Assembly: GCA_034506395.1 (NCBI GenBank)
Contig: JAPDPQ010000003.1
Location: 230,693-294,692 of the forward strand
Source: Candidatus Zhuqueibacterota bacterium
GTDB taxonomy: Bacteria; Zhuqueibacterota; Zhuqueibacteria; Thermofontimicrobiales; Thermofontimicrobiaceae
Reading direction: 5' to 3'
DNA length: 64,000 nt
Part shown: piece after piece, positions 28,697-38,603 of the stretch
How the letters are laid out: the number at the start of each line of letters is the position of its first letter
Position numbering within the stretch: the first letter of the stretch is position 1
Translations under genes and position numbers: made by a program
The notes under the pieces: model-generated
What the model was told of the DNA's origin: nothing
The model's database searches: none
Seen by the model: only the letters and a program-made list of their open reading frames with translations

Positions 28697-30592
28697 GTGT
28701 GCACCATGAACTGCAATCAACTCGATGAAAAAAGAAACAACTGGAGCGCTGCCCTCACGCTGGTCGGCATGATCGTTACTTACACGATCGTCATCGGCAC
28801 CTGGTCAGTAAACCGATATGTGAGTTTCAATGCCACATTGTGGGATATGGGCATCATGCTCCAGGCAATCTGGAACACGGCTCATGGCAAAATTCTCCAT
28901 GAAACCGTCAACCTCGGATTTTCGGCGTCACGACTGGCAGTGGCTCACTGGGAGATCATTTACCTTCCCTTGGCGTTCATTTATCGGATCATTCCTTCAA
29001 CTTCCCTGTTGCTCTATCTTCAAGCGCTCACTTTGGCCTGTGGTACAATCCCGATCTATCGATTTGCCTCTAAAAAATTCGCATCGCCAGTGGCAGCAGT
29101 ATTCTTCGCGCTTGCTTATTTATTCTATCCAGCTTTGCATGGAGCCAATCTTTTCGATCTGCATGGGTTAACCCTGGCTACTCCTTTCTTGTTATTCACT
29201 TTTTATTATCTCGATCAATCAAAAATATCTTTGACGCTTTTCTTTGCCGGTTTGAGTTTGGTCTGCCGCGAAGATGTAGCCTTGGCCATTTTTTCTTTGG
29301 GCCTATTTGCCTGGATCCGAAAAAGGAATTTGCGCATCGCGATCCCTTTGCTGCTGCTCAGCGCTGGCTGGCTGACCGTTTTTTTCCTGCGATTTCAATT
29401 CATCGGAGCGCCAGAGCTGGCCCAGACCACGAGCATGGTCCCGAACTGGGAACACCTGACATTGACACATCTGGTTCGTTCGCCCATACAAACTTTTTCA
29501 TCCATTGTTCAATTGCTATTGTCTCAAGAAAATGTCAAATACTTGGCGAAATTGGTCTTGCCAGTCATCGGCTTGTGCTTCCTATCGTTTGACGTTCTGC
29601 TCATTGCAGCGCCGACGTTGCTTTTAAACCTGATGAGCCGATGGCCGCAGATGCATCAGATCGAATATCATTATACCGCTACCATCACGCCGTTCATCTT
29701 TTTGGCAGCCATCAGCGGACTGGCCAATTTAAGTCAGCGACTGAACAGATCATTTCATCATCATAAGCTGAGAGTGACTCTCGCGTTCAGCATTGCAATC
29801 GCATTGGCCTCGATCGTTTCCACCACCCAATTTTCAATCTTGCGCCTCAATAAAACATGGCAGGTGACTGAGAGCCATCGCAAATTATCTCAGCGGCTTC
29901 ATGCTATCCCTGCTCATCTTTCGGTCTCTACCACTGCTCGCGCAGGATCCCATCTGGCCAACCGGCGCGAACTCTATCACTTTCCCGAGCGCAGTTCCGA
30001 AGCTGACATCGTGGTGCTGGAGTTCAATCGGCCCGATGTCGAAATCAAAAACCTGGTGGGCACCGCCCGAATCCGCAGACTCCCTGCAATGAACCATTGG
30101 ACTCGCGCCGCACTTGAGGACACATCGTTGCATGTGCTCTGGGTCGAAGATAACGTTTATTGCCTCCAGAGATTATCGAATCGCTCGGAGCTTGCCGAGC
30201 AATTTTTTGCCCTCGATACCGTGCCAGACGCAATGATTGCTGTTGATAGTTGCGTATTTGATGAAGGATTGGAATTCATTGGCTGGCAGCCGGTTTATAT
30301 CGGCAAACAACAAGCGCATTTTATGCTCTACTGGAAGAAATCAAAACCACTTGCTCCAACAGCCAAGCTCAGTTATTATCTGAAGCTTCCAGATACGCTT
30401 CAGAGTATCCCTGATCAGCCCCTTGTTACTCGCATGCCTTTGGCGAATTGGCCAACTGAAAAAATCATCGCCGATCACTTGTTCATCGATCGACCTAAAA
30501 ATCCAGAGGCAAAGATATGCTCGATAATCGCGTCGCTTTCCCTCAGCAACCCATCGCGACAGCACTATCTGTTCGATTTCAATTTTCACTGA
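28697..30592 (+). CDS. DUF2079-like polytopic membrane protein (putative glycosyltransferase-C-like) with a C-terminal soluble domain of about 200 aa
   Basis: The N-terminal 'RYVSFNATLWDMGIMLQAIWNTAHG' is the characteristic DUF2079 opening. More than 10 hydrophobic helices follow. An alternative ATG lies at 28706. Confidence 0.6.
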   Translation: MCTMNCNQLDEKRNNWSAALTLVGMIVTYTIVIGTWSVNRYVSFNATLWDMGIMLQAIWNTAHGKILHETVNLGFSASRLAVAHWEIIYLPLAFIYRIIPSTSLLLYLQALTLACGTIPIYRFASKKFASPVAAVFFALAYLFYPALHGANLFDLHGLTLATPFLLFTFYYLDQSKISLTLFFAGLSLVCREDVALAIFSLGLFAWIRKRNLRIAIPLLLLSAGWLTVFFLRFQFIGAPELAQTTSMVPNWEHLTLTHLVRSPIQTFSSIVQLLLSQENVKYLAKLVLPVIGLCFLSFDVLLIAAPTLLLNLMSRWPQMHQIEYHYTATITPFIFLAAISGLANLSQRLNRSFHHHKLRVTLAFSIAIALASIVSTTQFSILRLNKTWQVTESHRKLSQRLHAIPAHLSVSTTARAGSHLANRRELYHFPERSSEADIVVLEFNRPDVEIKNLVGTARIRRLPAMNHWTRAALEDTSLHVLWVEDNVYCLQRLSNRSELAEQFFALDTVPDAMIAVDSCVFDEGLEFIGWQPVYIGKQQAHFMLYWKKSKPLAPTAKLSYYLKLPDTLQSIPDQPLVTRMPLANWPTEKIIADHLFIDRPKNPEAKICSIIASLSLSNPSRQHYLFDFNFH

Positions 30593-30797
30593 GGAAATAT
30601 CGACTCAAACTTCATTCGGTCATTATCCAGCTTGCCCAATCGTGAAGTAGCAAAATCGCCAGTCTTCCAGTTGCCTGATTCCCCACAAGACCAATTTCCC
30701 ATTCACCAACTCTCCCAATCGCCCAAAAAAGACTTGCTTTTTAACCGAATTGTTCTAAATTAGTAGGCGATTTTTTGGACCAGCACAGGGAATTTCA

Positions 30798-31742
30798 ATG
30801 AAGATCAGCGGCTTCTCGTTTGTGAGAAATGGGATTAAATTGTATTATCCAGTGGTCGAATCGATACGATCCATTTTGCCCATCGTCGATGAATTCGTGA
30901 TTGCGGTCGGCCAAGGGGATCCTGATGATACCACCCGGGAACAGATTTTGGCAATTGGGGATCCAAAAATCAAAATCATCGATACGGTTTGGGAAGAACG
31001 ATATTTCACCAAAGGTGTGATCAACGCGATCCAGACCAATATTGCCAAGGCTGCTTGTAATGGGGATTGGCTTTTTTATTTGCAAGCGGATGAGGTGGTT
31101 CATGAACGCTACTTGCCGATTATTCAGGCCCGCTGTGAGGAACTGCTGAACAACAAAGACGTTGAAGGTCTATTATTTCGCTATAAGCATTTTTGGGGGG
31201 ATTACGATCATTATCAATCGAGTCATGGCTGGTATCCGTACGAGATCCGAATCATCCGCAACCGGCCCGACATATATTCCTGGCAGAGCGCGCAGTCATT
31301 TCGCCGATTCGATTATTATGATAATCCACGTCAGGAACGCGGACATCACAAATTGAAAGTCGCTAAGGTCGATGCCGAAATTTACCACTACGGCTGGGTT
31401 CGGCCGCCTCGTCTCATGCAGAATAAAAGACGAGCACTGGACTCAGTGCACTGGGGATCGAAACGCGCTCGGGATTATTATGAGAAAGTTCCTAAGGAAT
31501 TTGACTATGGTCCGTTAAATCGTCTGGCGGTTTTCAAAGGAACTCATCCCAAAGTAATGTTGGATCGGATTGCCCAAATGGATTGGAAGGACAAATTGCA
31601 ATATTCGGGCCCGCCCAATCCTTATCGCGCACCGCACAAACATGAGCGATTGAAATATCGGTTGCTGTCCTGGATCGAACAGCACTTGATGGGAGGTCGG
31701 CAGATTGGAGGGTTTCAAAATTATCATTTGTTGAGAGTTTGA
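30798..31742 (+). CDS. Glycosyltransferase family 2-like protein
   Basis: 'KISGFSFVRNGIKLYYPVVESIRSILPIVDEFVIAVGQGDPDDT' matches an N-terminus I recall from FCB-group GT2-like proteins. 'LQADEVVHE' is a DxD-like motif. Confidence 0.5.
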   Translation: MKISGFSFVRNGIKLYYPVVESIRSILPIVDEFVIAVGQGDPDDTTREQILAIGDPKIKIIDTVWEERYFTKGVINAIQTNIAKAACNGDWLFYLQADEVVHERYLPIIQARCEELLNNKDVEGLLFRYKHFWGDYDHYQSSHGWYPYEIRIIRNRPDIYSWQSAQSFRRFDYYDNPRQERGHHKLKVAKVDAEIYHYGWVRPPRLMQNKRRALDSVHWGSKRARDYYEKVPKEFDYGPLNRLAVFKGTHPKVMLDRIAQMDWKDKLQYSGPPNPYRAPHKHERLKYRLLSWIEQHLMGGRQIGGFQNYHLLRV

Positions 31743-31967
31743 TGCTTCGCTTTGAGGTCACGTTTTGCCATATAGTGTCTAAAGCAATTTTGCGACCTTC
31801 AGGCTAAATTTAGCCCCAAATTACGACTCGGGAAAAGCTTGGTTGTGGTGATTTGCAACTTCGTTAAATGCCAAAAAAGCTAATGGAATCTATTATTGAT
31901 TTTTGGGTATTGGATCATGGACCAGCAATTTTGTAAGATCATGGTAGGGCGATAAGGAGGCTCTTGA

Positions 31968-32813
31968 TTGAAAATTTCGGTTATTATCACAATCTATAAC
32001 CGTGCTCATCTATTAACGAAATGCTTATGGTCGCTAAGGTTTCAAACTCTCGTACCTCACGAATTGATCCTCACAGATGATGGTTCGGAGGAAGACATTT
32101 TGGGGCCTATTCAAAGCATTATTCGCGGCTTTAGCTTCTCAGTAAAATATGTCAGTCAGAAACACCAGGGGTTTCGATTGGCAAAATGTCGAAACAATGG
32201 GGCAAGACATGCAACAGGCGATTATTTCATTTTTATCGACCAAGATATTGTTTTGAATCGATCCTTTTTGGAGATTTGTGTGAAGGAACGCCGCGAGCGC
32301 CGATTTTGTGTCTCATATCCGGTGCGCTTGACCGCTGATCAGAGCCAATTGGTGACGCCAGAGCTGATTGAGCGAGGGGATTGGCAAGGAATTGTCACAG
32401 AAGCTCAGCGGCAAAAAATAAAAAGGCAATATGTCAAGGATAAATTTTATCAGATCATTCGGTCATTGCATTTGCTGCATCGAGGTCCAAAACTGCGCGG
32501 AGGTGCAGTAGCCATCAATCGCGATGACTTTGTGGCGATCAACGGTTACGATGAAAATTACCAAGGCTGGGGCAACGAAGATGACGATTTGGGGCGCCGG
32601 CTATATGCTGCTGGTATTCGTGGAAAAAATCCATTTTGCAATGAATTCCCATTGCATCTATTTCATGCCCCCCATCATCAGAACGGCACGCGCGTGAATT
32701 TGACATATTATAGGCAGCGCATCAACGCCATTAATCGTGGGGAGTTTCGCTGCCAATATGGACTCGATAATCCTTTGGGGAATGAGGAATTGGTCATTCG
32801 GAATCTTAACTAA
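31968..32813 (+). CDS. GT2 glycosyltransferase with a galactosyltransferase-like C-terminal region
   Basis: 'ISVIITIYNR...LTDDGSEED' and 'FIDQD' give the DxD motif. 'INGYDENYQGWGNEDDDLGRRL' is also present. The TTG start has AAGGAGG 8 nt upstream. Confidence 0.8.
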   Translation: MKISVIITIYNRAHLLTKCLWSLRFQTLVPHELILTDDGSEEDILGPIQSIIRGFSFSVKYVSQKHQGFRLAKCRNNGARHATGDYFIFIDQDIVLNRSFLEICVKERRERRFCVSYPVRLTADQSQLVTPELIERGDWQGIVTEAQRQKIKRQYVKDKFYQIIRSLHLLHRGPKLRGGAVAINRDDFVAINGYDENYQGWGNEDDDLGRRLYAAGIRGKNPFCNEFPLHLFHAPHHQNGTRVNLTYYRQRINAINRGEFRCQYGLDNPLGNEELVIRNLN

Positions 32814-32889
32814 ATTTTAGGCAGTCACTGGACGGTCGCTTGTCGCGGCCGGTCAGTTATAATATCTGTTATCGTTCTGAGAGCTTGGT

Positions 32890-33642
32890 TTGCCCATGTC
32901 CGAAAAACTATCAGTCGCCATCATCACAAAAAATGAAGAAAATAACATCGAGCGCTGTCTGAAATCGGTACAATGGGCGGATGAGATCGTGGTGGTTGAC
33001 AATGGCTCGACCGATCGGACGCCCGAAATCTGTCGGCAATACGCGACAAAGGTGATCTCTCAGCCCGAATGGCTGGGCTTTGGGCCGCTCAAACAATTGG
33101 CAGTCAACGCTGCCTCTCATGATTGGATTTTATCAATTGATTCGGATGAAGAAGTGAGCTTAGGTTTGCAATCGGAAATTCGAAAGATTTTGCAGCAGCC
33201 CAAGTTTCTTGGCTATCGTATCAAGCGCCAGTCCTTTTACCTGGGCCAGCCAATTCGATTCTGCGGTTGGCAACGGGATTATCCGTTGCGGTTGTTCGAT
33301 CGCCGCTATGGCAATTTCAACGACAGCATCGTCCATGAATCGGTGAGTGTGAATGGCTCAGTAGCAAAAATTGAACAACCGATTTTGCACTACACTTATC
33401 CGACCATTCGCTCTCATATCGACCGAATGAATCGTTACACCGAATTGGGTTTGATCAAACTCATGGCACAGCATCGATCCTCCTCGCTTTTCGGCGCAGT
33501 GGCACGGGGCGTGGTCAAATTTATCAAGATGTACTTTTTGCAGCAGGGTTTTCGGGACGGTCGAATCGGGTTCGTTCTTTGCTATAATTCAGCGTTCGGC
33601 GTTTATCTAAAATATTTGAAGCTATGGGAAAATCAGCGATAA
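32890..33642 (+). CDS. GT2 glycosyltransferase (LPS-core KdtX/WaaE-like)
   Basis: 'LSVAIITKNEENNIERCLKSVQWADEIVVVDNGSTDRT' and 'SIDSDE' are visible. An alternative ATG lies at 32896. Confidence 0.8.
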   Translation: MPMSEKLSVAIITKNEENNIERCLKSVQWADEIVVVDNGSTDRTPEICRQYATKVISQPEWLGFGPLKQLAVNAASHDWILSIDSDEEVSLGLQSEIRKILQQPKFLGYRIKRQSFYLGQPIRFCGWQRDYPLRLFDRRYGNFNDSIVHESVSVNGSVAKIEQPILHYTYPTIRSHIDRMNRYTELGLIKLMAQHRSSSLFGAVARGVVKFIKMYFLQQGFRDGRIGFVLCYNSAFGVYLKYLKLWENQR

Positions 33643-34730
33643 GGGTTTTGCATCTCGACACGGAACTGAACTGGCGGGGAGGCCAACAACAAGCTGCTTA
33701 TCTTATTGAAGCCATGCATCGCAGCGGCTATGCCACTGCCATGGTTGGAGGGCCAAATTCAGCGATAGGTCAGTTCTGCCAGAACAAGGGAATTCCTTTT
33801 TTCCCGCTGCGCATCTTAGGAGAAGGAGATGTTATCGCAGGTCGCCGAGTTGCAGCATTGTGTCGACGTCATGGCTTTCGTATCTTGCATTTGCATTCGA
33901 GCCACGCCCTAAGCATCGGTTTGTGGGCCAAACTGTTTTTGCGATCGCTGAAACTGATCGCCGTTCGCAGGGTGGATTTTCATATTCAGCGGAATTGGCT
34001 CAGCCGGCTTAAATACCGGCATCGTTGGTTGGATCGCATCGTCTGTATTTCAGAAGCTATTCGCCAAGTTCTACTCCAAGATGGCATACCCAGCGATAAG
34101 TTGGTGACCATCCACAGCGGCGTTGATCTCCATAAATTCGATCAGATAAAACCATCTGCTGATTTCCGAGCTCAATTTAACATCCCAGTCGACCACATGC
34201 TGATCGGAACAGTTGCAGCTATGGCTGGGCATAAGGATTATCCGACACTGCTCCGCGCAGCAAAGATCGTCTGCAATACCCTGGACCATGTCACCTTCTG
34301 TGCAGTGGGCGATGGATCACAACGGGATAAAATCCTCCAACTTCATCGGGAATTGGGCCTTGGCCAACGATTCGTTCTGCCAGGTTATCGCACGAACATC
34401 GGAGATTTTTTTAAGAATTTCGATATCTTTGTGCTGGCTTCCAAACAGGAAGGGCTGGGCACTTCACTCTTGGATGCGCAAGCACTTGGGTTGCCGGTCA
34501 TCGCTTGCAGAAGTGGTGGCATTCCCGAAATCATTGAACACGGCTATAATGGTTGGTTGGTACCAGCACAAGATGAAACCGCTTTGGCAAGCGCGTTAAT
34601 AACACTGATTAACGATCCAGCGCTTCGGATTGAGCTTGGAAAAAATGCCTTGCGTTCAGTTAAAAAATTCGATATCGCTATTACGGTCAAAAACAACCTG
34701 AAGCTCTATCAAACCCTGCTTTCGGAATGA
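33624..34730 (+). CDS. GT4 (RfaG-like) glycosyltransferase
   Basis: The C-terminal 'SKQEGLGTSLLDAQALGLPVIACRSGGIPEIIEHGYNGWLV' is the EX7E GT4 signature. Confidence 0.85.
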   Translation: MGKSAIRVLHLDTELNWRGGQQQAAYLIEAMHRSGYATAMVGGPNSAIGQFCQNKGIPFFPLRILGEGDVIAGRRVAALCRRHGFRILHLHSSHALSIGLWAKLFLRSLKLIAVRRVDFHIQRNWLSRLKYRHRWLDRIVCISEAIRQVLLQDGIPSDKLVTIHSGVDLHKFDQIKPSADFRAQFNIPVDHMLIGTVAAMAGHKDYPTLLRAAKIVCNTLDHVTFCAVGDGSQRDKILQLHRELGLGQRFVLPGYRTNIGDFFKNFDIFVLASKQEGLGTSLLDAQALGLPVIACRSGGIPEIIEHGYNGWLVPAQDETALASALITLINDPALRIELGKNALRSVKKFDIAITVKNNLKLYQTLLSE

Positions 34731-34733
34731 CCG

Positions 34734-35810
34734 TTGCTCGGATCGCTAAACTCTGCTTTAGTATTGAAAGGGACGAGGGATCGTTTGCTGCATCGAAACT
34801 TTAAAAGGGTGTTGGTTATTCAGACAGCGTTCTTAGGGGATGTAATTCTGATCACTCCCCTGCTCCGCGCTCTTAACACTGTTCTGCCGAATGCGCGGCT
34901 GGAGGTGCTCTTAATCCCTGAAACCAGCGCCGTGCTGAAATATAACCCCTACATCAGCGACATATTAGAATTTAATAAGCGCAAGCTAAGAAATAAAATT
35001 TCTTCTTTCGTCCGATTGATCTTTGAGATCCAAAAACGCCGATATGATTTGGCGATTTCAGTTCAAAGCTCCCTGACTTCGGCATTGATAATGGTATTGG
35101 GCCGCATTCCAGTTCGACTGGGTTTCTCACGACAAAAATTATTGACCCATTCGGTGCCTCATGTCAGTGGCATGCACAAAATTCAGAAGGTGTTGCGCTT
35201 AATTGAGCCATTCACCAGCCAAAAATTTGATATGCAAACCGAACTGCATTGGTCCTCAGCCGAGGACGCGCATGCTGATGAAATCATGGCGCCTCTGAAG
35301 GAGCGCCACCGGCCGATCATCGGAATCGCCCCCGGGTCGATCTGGTACACCAAACGCTGGTTGAAAGAATATTACGCCGAATTGGTAAAACGGCTTGAGC
35401 AAGAGCATATTCAATGCGTTTTAATCGGCGGAGCGGATGACCACGCGCTCTGCGATTTTATTCGTGCTGGCACAGATGCCGTAAATCTTGCTGGCGAATT
35501 AACGGTGCTGGAATCGGCTGCATTAATCGAACGGTGTGACCTGATGGTGACCAATGACAGCGCTCCCCTCCACATCGCCAATGCGGTGAAGACCGATGTG
35601 ATCGCCATCTTCGGCCCCACCGTGACCAGTTTCGGTTTCTATCCATTTCGCGCAAGCGATCAGGTCATCGAGATCGAGCTGGACTGTCGGCCGTGCAGCT
35701 CGCATGGTGGGAAAAAATGTCCATTGAAACATCATCGCTGCATGAAGGAGATTTCACCAGAGATGGTCTTCAATGCTGTAAAGGCGAAGCTTCAGGATAA
35801 GGGGTTCTAA
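34734..35810 (+). CDS. GT9 ADP-heptose:LPS heptosyltransferase
   Basis: 'RVLVIQTAFLGDVILITPLLRAL', 'PGSIWYTKRW' and 'MVTNDSAPLHIANA' are typical GT9 blocks. Confidence 0.85.
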   Translation: MLGSLNSALVLKGTRDRLLHRNFKRVLVIQTAFLGDVILITPLLRALNTVLPNARLEVLLIPETSAVLKYNPYISDILEFNKRKLRNKISSFVRLIFEIQKRRYDLAISVQSSLTSALIMVLGRIPVRLGFSRQKLLTHSVPHVSGMHKIQKVLRLIEPFTSQKFDMQTELHWSSAEDAHADEIMAPLKERHRPIIGIAPGSIWYTKRWLKEYYAELVKRLEQEHIQCVLIGGADDHALCDFIRAGTDAVNLAGELTVLESAALIERCDLMVTNDSAPLHIANAVKTDVIAIFGPTVTSFGFYPFRASDQVIEIELDCRPCSSHGGKKCPLKHHRCMKEISPEMVFNAVKAKLQDKGF

Positions 35811-35980
35811 AGAAGTTGATATTTGAATTGTAATGTTGCCTATATCTGACTTCGGCACAACGATTATTTTGCAGGCATGAGAGTGTCACTTCTGCGAATC
35901 AAACTGAATAAGTTTCGGATGATTCGTGCTTGAACGAGAACTCACCTCATTGTCACTTCGGCCCGCCAGTTGCCGGGGAG

Positions 35981-36035
35981 AAATCTGTAGGTCTTAGAAT
36001 CCTAATGCAACCAGATTCCTTACTTCGTTCGGAAT
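35981..36035. repeat. Family-B repeat, copy 1
   Basis: AAATCTGTAGG...AACCAGATTCCTTACTTCGTTCGGAAT is nearly identical at its 3' 27 nt to 63758-63784. It is preceded by further GTCAC/GTCAT-type hairpin modules at 35880-35980. Confidence 0.5.
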
Positions 36036-36114
36036 ATCATTTTTAATTCATATTTTCTGATTTCCGTATAGGCTTTCATTAATTTTCTTGAGGGACTAAG
36101 AGAGGAGATATTCA

Positions 36115-37233
36115 TTGTCAAAAATCAAATTGCTTTTCAAGATCGGTTATGCTTATCACAAAGCTGCTTTTGATCCGATCATCGAATATCTGATGCATGA
36201 TGAGAAATATGATATTTGGTTTTCATTGGATCAGGAGAAAAAACGCTATTTTATTTTTGATTTCCCATATCGCGATCGGATCATTGAGGAATGGCAGAAG
36301 CTCGGCTATCGGTTCACGAAAGAGACCCGCGGTTTCGACATCGTGATCACGGGTGATACCTTGCGCAACTCGCGTGCCTATGGCAAAACGTTACTGGTAT
36401 TTGTCAATCATGGTACTGGCATCAAGACGATTTTGTATCGCAACCTGGCGCGTGTGCCGCATGATCGCTATCAGATCTTTGTGGAAGGACCGCATCGGGT
36501 CGAGTCGTTACTGAACTCCCCATCGCTCGGCAGAAACGAGGTGCATTTGGTTGGACTGCCCAAGTTGGATTTTTATTTTCAAGGACGCTATCGGGATAAG
36601 GCCGCCATTTTGCAGCGCTGGGGATTGAATCCGAATAAGCCAACGGTGTTGTTTGCACCAACTTATAAGCCAACCTGTTTATACCAGATCAAGGATGACA
36701 TCTTTGAGCAAACTCGTGACTACAACTTGATCGTGAAATTGCACCCTTATAGCTGGATGGGCAAATATGCGCCGCATAAGCAACATCGGATCTACGAACG
36801 GAGGGTGAAAAAATATGATCATGCGGTGTTGCTCCCATTCGAGGAGTACAATATCGTACCCTATTACGCGGTAGCCGATGTGGTGCTCAGCGAAGCTTCC
36901 AGCACGGTATTTGATTTTCTGGCGCTGGAAAAATTTGGGATTGTGTTCGATTTGCCCTGCGATCGCCTGAAACATTCGGATGGGCAGGCGTTGCTGGAGA
37001 TCGATAATCGTGAGTTTCTCAAAGGAGCCTTCGTGCATATCGACTCCGGGAAGCAGATCCGGGATGCGGTGGAACAATGTCTCCATCCCACAGCCGCCAT
37101 GATCGAGGCTGCTAATGCCTATCGCGAACGCTTTTTTTACAAATTGGATGGTCATGCCACCGAACGATTGGTAAAAAAAATGGAGCAGCTTTATGAAGAG
37201 GGTGGACATGAAAACGATCCAGAGGAGGCATAG
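36115..37233 (+). CDS. CDP-glycerol glycerophosphotransferase (TagB/TagF)-family protein
   Basis: 'VLFAPTYKP', 'LIVKLHPY' and 'VLSEASSTVFDFL' resemble the yAPTwR, K.HP and tDySS blocks of the family. The TTG start has AGGAG about 10 nt upstream. Confidence 0.6.
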   Translation: MSKIKLLFKIGYAYHKAAFDPIIEYLMHDEKYDIWFSLDQEKKRYFIFDFPYRDRIIEEWQKLGYRFTKETRGFDIVITGDTLRNSRAYGKTLLVFVNHGTGIKTILYRNLARVPHDRYQIFVEGPHRVESLLNSPSLGRNEVHLVGLPKLDFYFQGRYRDKAAILQRWGLNPNKPTVLFAPTYKPTCLYQIKDDIFEQTRDYNLIVKLHPYSWMGKYAPHKQHRIYERRVKKYDHAVLLPFEEYNIVPYYAVADVVLSEASSTVFDFLALEKFGIVFDLPCDRLKHSDGQALLEIDNREFLKGAFVHIDSGKQIRDAVEQCLHPTAAMIEAANAYRERFFYKLDGHATERLVKKMEQLYEEGGHENDPEEA

Positions 37234-37941
37234 ATGAAAGCGGTAATTGTGGCGGCGGGAATGGGGAGTCGACTCTGGGGCCAAAATGATCAGATACCGA
37301 AGACTCTCATGCCATTCAATAATAAAACGATTCTGGCGACGATCCTGCGTAACATCGCGGCCGCTGGGGTGCGGGAATTTGTCATTGTGGTCGGCTATCG
37401 CAAAGAGTTGATCGTCGAGTACCTTGCGGAGAACGATCACTTCGGTTATCAAATTGACCTGATCGAAAATCCAGAGTGGCAGCGAGGCAATGGCATTTCT
37501 GTGCTGGCGGCTGAACCAGCAGTAAATGGCCAGCCTTTTTTGCTTTCAATGTCCGATCATCTTGTATCGGTATCAGCGATTCATCAGATCGTCCGTCACT
37601 CCAGCTTGAAAAATTTGCTTTTAGTCGATCCCCGAATCGATGCTGTATTCGACTTGGATGATGCCACCAAAGTACGAGTGACTGGTCATCGCATCCTCGA
37701 TATTGGAAAAGAAATTCAGCAGTACAATGGCATCGATTGTGGCGTATTCAAATTAACGCCTCGATTTTTCGAAGCGATGCGGGAGCGATTGAAATTGCAA
37801 CAGGAATCGATCAGCGCCGCGATTCAAGGGCTGATCCAGAAAGATGATATGGAAGCCGTGTTTATGAAGCGGGATGATTTTTGGATCGACATTGATACGC
37901 CCGAAGCGTATCATCACGCGCTTCAAATTTTCGGGAAGTAA
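37234..37941 (+). CDS. Nucleotidyl (cytidylyl) transferase, IPCT/LicC-like
   Basis: 'MKAVIVAAGMGSRL' is the NTP-transferase P-loop-like motif. 'GNGISVLAA' and 'LSMSDHL' resemble CDP-alcohol-forming cytidylyltransferases. The start abuts the stop of the preceding gene. Confidence 0.7.
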   Translation: MKAVIVAAGMGSRLWGQNDQIPKTLMPFNNKTILATILRNIAAAGVREFVIVVGYRKELIVEYLAENDHFGYQIDLIENPEWQRGNGISVLAAEPAVNGQPFLLSMSDHLVSVSAIHQIVRHSSLKNLLLVDPRIDAVFDLDDATKVRVTGHRILDIGKEIQQYNGIDCGVFKLTPRFFEAMRERLKLQQESISAAIQGLIQKDDMEAVFMKRDDFWIDIDTPEAYHHALQIFGK

Positions 37942-37958
37942 ATTTTAGTGTCTGTCTG

Positions 37959-38603
37959 ATGCGATTAATCCGGATAAATCCACAGCATCCCGAACCAGAG
38001 CTGATCGAACAAGCAGCTCAGGCAATCTTATCCGGTCAGGTGATCGGTTATCCAACGGAAACGGTGTACGGTCTTGGAGCCGATGCGTTCAATCCGGCAG
38101 CGATCGACCGCGTATTTCAGTTGAAAGGCCGTGACCGCTCACGACCTATTTTGGTGATCGCGGGGGATGTGAACCAAGTGAAACAACTGGTTCATTGGCC
38201 GGAGCTCGCCGAACGCCTGGCAGGACGATTTTGGCCAGGACCATTGACCATGGTGCTCCCAGCACGCCCGGGATTGCCCCCAGCATTGCTCAGCGCTGAA
38301 GGCAAGGTCGGCATTCGGATCCCAGCTCACACCATTTGTCTGGAACTTCTCCGGCAGTGTGGCGTTCCTATCACGTCAACCAGTGCCAACATATCGGGCC
38401 GGCCAAATCCCATCACTGCCAGTGATGTTATCAACTATTTTGGCGATCAACTTGACTTGATCATCGATGGCGGACCTTCCGTCTCCCCCATCGCCTCAAC
38501 CGTAATAGGGATTAGCGGTGATCAACTGATTTTGCTGCGGGAGGGCGCAATTTCTAAATCAACCATTGAACATTTTATGCATCTCAAGATCCATGAAAGA
38601 TAA
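37959..38603 (+). CDS. tsaC: L-threonylcarbamoyladenylate synthase (YrdC/Sua5 family)
   Basis: 'VIGYPTETVYGLGADA', 'GRDRSRPILV' and 'TSTSANISG' are visible. Confidence 0.85.
   Translation: MRLIRINPQHPEPELIEQAAQAILSGQVIGYPTETVYGLGADAFNPAAIDRVFQLKGRDRSRPILVIAGDVNQVKQLVHWPELAERLAGRFWPGPLTMVLPARPGLPPALLSAEGKVGIRIPAHTICLELLRQCGVPITSTSANISGRPNPITASDVINYFGDQLDLIIDGGPSVSPIASTVIGISGDQLILLREGAISKSTIEHFMHLKIHER

Noticed and set aside
36679-37452. 257-aa minus-strand ORF
   Set aside because: It is antisense across the TagF-like / cytidylyltransferase junction. Both plus-strand genes have clear family motifs and an RBS, so this is a shadow ORF.
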